From positions 14,903 to 78,902 of the forward strand of contig LVAO01000005.1 in assembly GCA_001604065.1 (NCBI GenBank): 64,000 bases of DNA. The letters are read 5' to 3'. Positions 60,385-64,000 of this stretch are shown here, piece after piece. Under the pieces are notes generated by a model. That model saw only the letters and a list, made by a program, of their open reading frames with translations. It was not told the origin of the DNA and did not search any database. This DNA comes from Clostridiales bacterium Firm_09. Lineage in GTDB: Bacteria; Bacillota; Clostridia; Christensenellales; DTU072. Within the stretch, counting starts at the first letter, position 1. Each line of letters starts with the position of its first letter. The translations under genes were made by a program, and so were the position numbers.

Positions 60385-60435
60385 AATAGTTGTTCAACTA
60401 TTTATATTATATGTCAAAGGCAGGCAGAAAGTCAA
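60385..60435 (-). promoter_or_regulatory. promoter plus palindromic operator of the metal-resistance operon
   Basis: On the minus strand: TTGACT (60430-60435c), 18 nt, TATAAT (60406-60411c). Directly downstream lies the perfect palindrome AATAGTTG-TT-CAACTATT (60385-60402). Confidence 0.6.
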
Positions 60436-60591
60436 CAGAAACTTTGCAAAAATCCTGCATGGGCATTTTCTTTTTTTGTTGAATGAAGAAAAATAAGATT
60501 GCATTGCAAAGTAATCCCTCAGCAGTTTACAAAAAAAAAGAAGTGGTATATAATATGCTAGATATTCAGATTAATATATAGAAGGTTCATC

Positions 60592-61881
60592 TTGAAATAT
60601 ACGTTCAGACGCGGGATTCATCCCGAGGACAACAAAAAGCTTTCAGAAAGCTGTCCTTTTGAAGAAATGCCTACCGGCAGCAAAGTTTATATACCCTTAT
60701 CGCAGCATATCGGTGCACCTTGCACAGCATGTGTAGAGCCTGGCGCGATGGTCAAGGCCGGTACACTGATCGGACTTTCCAACGGATATGTAAGCGCGAA
60801 TGTGCACAGTTCCGTCTCGGGCAAGGTGCTTGGCTTCGAAATGCGTGAAAACGCTCAGGGCAGAAAGCTCAGGCATATCGTCATAGAAAACGACGGTCTG
60901 TATGAAGAAGAAAACCTTCCGCCGCTGGAAAATCCTACTAAAGAGCAGATTATTTTGCGCTGCAAAGAGGCCGGCATTGTCGGAATGGGCGGTGCGACGT
61001 TTCCCACTCATGTCAAGCTGGAAGCCAAAAATAAAATCAATATATTTATAGTCAACGGTTCCGAATGCGAGCCGTATATCACGACCGATTACCGCATGAT
61101 GCTTAATTTCCCCAAAGAAATCATGGAAGGGATAGGGTATATCAAAACCGCTTTGCAGGCAAACGAGGTTGCCATCGGCATCGAGGCAAACAAGCCCGAC
61201 GCGATTGCAGCGATGACCAAAGAGCTTACGGACCCGGACACGCATGTATATGAACTCAAAACCAAGTATCCGCAGGGCGGCGAAAAACAGCTCATATATG
61301 CTATTACCAAAATGAAAGTGCCGGATGGCGGACTTCCGTCCGAAGTGGGAGCGGTTGTCCTCAATATTTCTACTGTTTATGCGCTCTGGCAGGCGGTCAA
61401 GCTTGGCAAACCCTGTTATTCTCGGTACATGACTGTCAGCGGAGAGGGCATCAAACGCCCCTGCAACCTTCACGTCCGTATCGGCGTGCCATTATCCGAA
61501 ATTACAGAATATCTTGGTGTCAATGAAGGGTATGTCAAAGCGGTTTTCGGCGGACCGATGATGGGCTTTTCGCTTGCCAGCTTCAAGCCTGTCACCTCAA
61601 AAGGGAGTTCCGCGCTTCTTTTGCTGAGCAAAAAAGAAATCCGGCCCATCGAGCCGACACCATGCATCAATTGCGGCAGATGCGCGAGTGTTTGTCCCAT
61701 GAACCTGATGCCGATGATGACAGATCGCCTTATATTAAAGGATATGATTGCGGAGGCAAAAAAATTCAATCCGATGAGCTGCATCGAGTGCGGCTGCTGT
61801 GCTTATGTCTGCCCGGCCAAGCGCCCGCTTGTACAGTCCCAAAGACTTGCTAAAAAACTGATCAGAGAAAGAAAAATTTAG
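60592..61881 (+). CDS. rnfC: Rnf electron-transport complex subunit C
   Basis: TTG start with an AGAAGG RBS. RGIHP, an NADH/FMN-binding GMGGA.FP region, and two 4Fe-4S motifs (CINCGRCASVCP and CIECGCCAYVCP). Confidence 0.9.
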   Translation: MKYTFRRGIHPEDNKKLSESCPFEEMPTGSKVYIPLSQHIGAPCTACVEPGAMVKAGTLIGLSNGYVSANVHSSVSGKVLGFEMRENAQGRKLRHIVIENDGLYEEENLPPLENPTKEQIILRCKEAGIVGMGGATFPTHVKLEAKNKINIFIVNGSECEPYITTDYRMMLNFPKEIMEGIGYIKTALQANEVAIGIEANKPDAIAAMTKELTDPDTHVYELKTKYPQGGEKQLIYAITKMKVPDGGLPSEVGAVVLNISTVYALWQAVKLGKPCYSRYMTVSGEGIKRPCNLHVRIGVPLSEITEYLGVNEGYVKAVFGGPMMGFSLASFKPVTSKGSSALLLLSKKEIRPIEPTPCINCGRCASVCPMNLMPMMTDRLILKDMIAEAKKFNPMSCIECGCCAYVCPAKRPLVQSQRLAKKLIRERKI

Positions 61882-61890
61882 GAGAAACCC

Positions 61891-62916
61891 TTGAAACTGC
61901 TTGTATCTTCCTCCCCGCATATCGGCACAAAGCTGACGACGCAAAAAATCATGATCCACATGATCATTGCGCTTTCGTTTCCTTTGGTTGCGGGCGTGGT
62001 AATTTTTGGTTTATATGCTTTAACTGTAGTTTTTGTCGCAGCGGCTTCTGCGGTGCTTGCAGAAATGCTCTACAACAAGTTGACAAAGACGCCTTTTACC
62101 ATTAAGGATTGCTCTGCCGTCGTCACAGGCATGATACTTGGTCTCAACCTGCCGCCCAATGTGCCGCTGTATGTGCCCGTTGTCGGCTCCGTTTTTGCGA
62201 TTATGCTGGTCAAAATGCTCTTTGGAGGCATCGGCAAAAACTTCGCCAATCCTGCTGCGACGGCAAGAGTCTTTTTGTTATTGTCATGGACGGGTGTCAT
62301 GCGCTCCTACATGCAGCCCTTGGATTATTCCCAGGGTGTATGGAAAGCGCTGGTTTCCGGCTTTACAAAACAATATATCACGTCCGCCACACCGCTTGCA
62401 GATATAAAATCCTCTGCCGTGACAGGCGTGCTTCCCGACAGTATCCGTCTTCTGGATTTGTTTCTGGGCAGAACGGGAGGGTCCATCGGTGAGGTCTGCG
62501 CGATAGCGATTCTTCTTGGTTTCATTTATTTGCTGATCTTCAGGATTATTGACTGGAAGCTGCCCGTCTCCTACCTTGCTGCAAGCGCGCTTTCGGCATT
62601 GGTTTTGTACAGAGGCGGCTGGACGTATATTCTTCCCACGCTGCTGTCGGGCGGGCTTCTGTTCGGAGCGGTTTATATGGTGACAGACTATTCCACTTCG
62701 CCCAACACTGCTGCGGGCAAGGTGATTTTTGCGGCGGGTGCGGGTATTCTTACCGTATTGTTCCGCAGATTCAGCGGCTTTGACGAGGGTGCGAGCATCG
62801 CGATTCTTCTTATGAATCTGATTGTGCCGCTCCTGGACAAATGGATACCCAAACCCTTCGGATACAGAAAACCCGTTAAACCTGAAAAAACAGCGAAGGA
62901 GGCGAAAAATGGATAA
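61891..62916 (+). CDS. rnfD: Rnf complex subunit D
   Basis: Polytopic. SSPH, the MVTDYSTSP (TDP.TSP-like) motif; AGGAGA RBS. Confidence 0.85.
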   Translation: MKLLVSSSPHIGTKLTTQKIMIHMIIALSFPLVAGVVIFGLYALTVVFVAAASAVLAEMLYNKLTKTPFTIKDCSAVVTGMILGLNLPPNVPLYVPVVGSVFAIMLVKMLFGGIGKNFANPAATARVFLLLSWTGVMRSYMQPLDYSQGVWKALVSGFTKQYITSATPLADIKSSAVTGVLPDSIRLLDLFLGRTGGSIGEVCAIAILLGFIYLLIFRIIDWKLPVSYLAASALSALVLYRGGWTYILPTLLSGGLLFGAVYMVTDYSTSPNTAAGKVIFAAGAGILTVLFRRFSGFDEGASIAILLMNLIVPLLDKWIPKPFGYRKPVKPEKTAKEAKNG

Positions 62917-63526
62917 CACCCAGAAGCTTGCCTTCAAAGAATCATTAAAAAAAATGTGGAAGTCCGATGCCTTCAAGGCGATTGCCGTGCTTTGCATCAT
63001 CGCTTTGATGTCTGCGCTGATTCTGAGCGTCGTACATCGCTATACCATCGTTGACGAGGAGGCGGTGCTGCGTGAGAAAGTGGGTGAGGTATACCCGTCT
63101 TCCCCCGTCACAACCTCCGTCGACGTGTCTTCCTACCGCAATATTGACAACAGCGTCATTCTGAATGCATTTGTCGCCGAGGACGGCGCATACATCATTC
63201 TTTCAAAATCAAAGAAAGCCTATAATTCGGGAACAGGCATTACGTTGATCGTTGTCATAAAGGAAGGAATTATACTTTGCGTGCAGAATTACCTATCTTC
63301 AGAAACTCCCGGATTAGGCACAAGAGCGCTTAAGGAAAGCTATCTGTCACAATACGTCGGCGTTGAAGCCAATGCGCTGGCCGTACGTGACCAGGTTGAA
63401 ATCCGCGATCCCAACGAGCAGACCGTAAAAATAGAATACATCGGCGGTGCTACCAAGTCTTCTACCGGTGTCCGGATTTCTGTGACCGCCGCGGCAACAT
63501 TCTATATAAGGGAGGCTGCCAAATGA
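62909..63526 (+). CDS. rnfG: Rnf complex subunit G (FMN-binding)
   Basis: The start is set at the ATG at 62909 (GGAGG RBS), giving an N-terminal TM helix and the FMN_bind motif GGATKSSTGV. It overlaps the rnfD end. Confidence 0.8.
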   Translation: MDNTQKLAFKESLKKMWKSDAFKAIAVLCIIALMSALILSVVHRYTIVDEEAVLREKVGEVYPSSPVTTSVDVSSYRNIDNSVILNAFVAEDGAYIILSKSKKAYNSGTGITLIVVIKEGIILCVQNYLSSETPGLGTRALKESYLSQYVGVEANALAVRDQVEIRDPNEQTVKIEYIGGATKSSTGVRISVTAAATFYIREAAK

Positions 63527-64000
63527 AAAACGAAAAATTCCGAGCCGTTATCGAACCGTTTGCCAACGGATTTGTCAAAAACAACCCGACATTCCGTCTC
63601 GTATTGGGAACCTGTCCCACTCTTGCGGTAACAACCTCGGCAATGAACGGCATCACCATGGGTCTTGCCACAACATTTGTGTTGATGTGTTCCAACCTCC
63701 TGATTTCTCTTTTGCGCAATATTATTCCCAGCAAAGTCCGTATCCCGGCATATATCCTTATTATTGCAACCTTCGTCACCGTTGTCGATATGACGATGAA
63801 GAAATTCATACCCGACCTTCATGCAACCTTGGGGCTCTATATTCCGCTTATTGTCGTCAACTGCATAATTATGGCGCGCGCAGAGTCTTTTGCCAATCAG
63901 AACATGCCGCTTCCTTCGGTTATGGATGGTTTGGGCGTGGGGCTTGGGTTTACCCTTTCTATTACGCTGATCAGCATCGTGCGCGAGTTTCTGGGCGCGG
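63523..64000 (+). CDS. rnfE: Rnf complex subunit E (3' end beyond the window)
   Basis: My own translation from the ATG at 63523 (ATGA overlap, GGAGG RBS) gives MKNEKFRAVIEPFANGFVKNNPTFRLVLGTCPTLAVTTSA..GLYIPLIVVNCIIMARAE, the typical RnfE/RnfA family sequence. There is no stop before the window end. Confidence 0.85.
   Translation, partial: MKNEKFRAVIEPFANGFVKNNPTFRLVLGTCPTLAVTTSAMNGITMGLATTFVLMCSNLLISLLRNIIPSKVRIPAYILIIATFVTVVDMTMKKFIPDLHATLGLYIPLIVVNCIIMARAESFANQNMPLPSVMDGLGVGLGFTLSITLISIVREFLGA

Overview
This window looks like core chromosome from an anaerobic, probably spore-forming Bacillota (Clostridia-like) organism. Genes are densely packed, with about 55 supportable CDS and one ncRNA, a long Bacillus-type SRP RNA. 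I saw no rRNA, tRNA, CRISPR array, transposase, integrase or phage module.

Content in order:
- SGNH lipoprotein and a GH35 beta-galactosidase
- SulP permease
- A tightly packed epimerase / CPBP protease / SDR / AraD-like operon
- An AT-rich pocket with small stress-type proteins (YjzC-like, YegP-like) and an orphan hypothetical
- A fused E1 alpha/beta thiamine-diphosphate dehydrogenase, then eda-kdgK
- PfkB kinase with a YfcC-type permease, Fe-ADH, hflX, SRP RNA, proS
- asd-dapA-dapB
- A membrane protein / hslO / TPR-like trio
- PAP2 phosphatase, glyQS and a PdaB-like deacetylase
- The conserved M16 peptidase / ftsK / rimO / cinA / recA / rny block
- An F-type ATP synthase operon
- SpoVB-like flippase
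- A 1608-aa surface protein
- A cadC-like / HMA / P-type ATPase metal-efflux operon
- The start of rnfCDGE

The observations most worth follow-up:
1. The atp operon has no stand-alone delta gene. Only a delta C-terminal-domain remnant is present, fused in frame to alpha.
2. The 1608-aa protein carries both a lipobox and a C-terminal anchor, and contains five CBM4/9-like modules with no catalytic domain.
3. A 71-aa Gly/Cys-rich double-hydrophobic mini-protein sits on the opposite strand between rny and atp.
4. An orphan nuclease-like hypothetical lies in the AT-rich pocket.
5. The SRP RNA apical loop is not the usual GNRA tetraloop.

All family calls come from motif recognition by eye. No database search was run.
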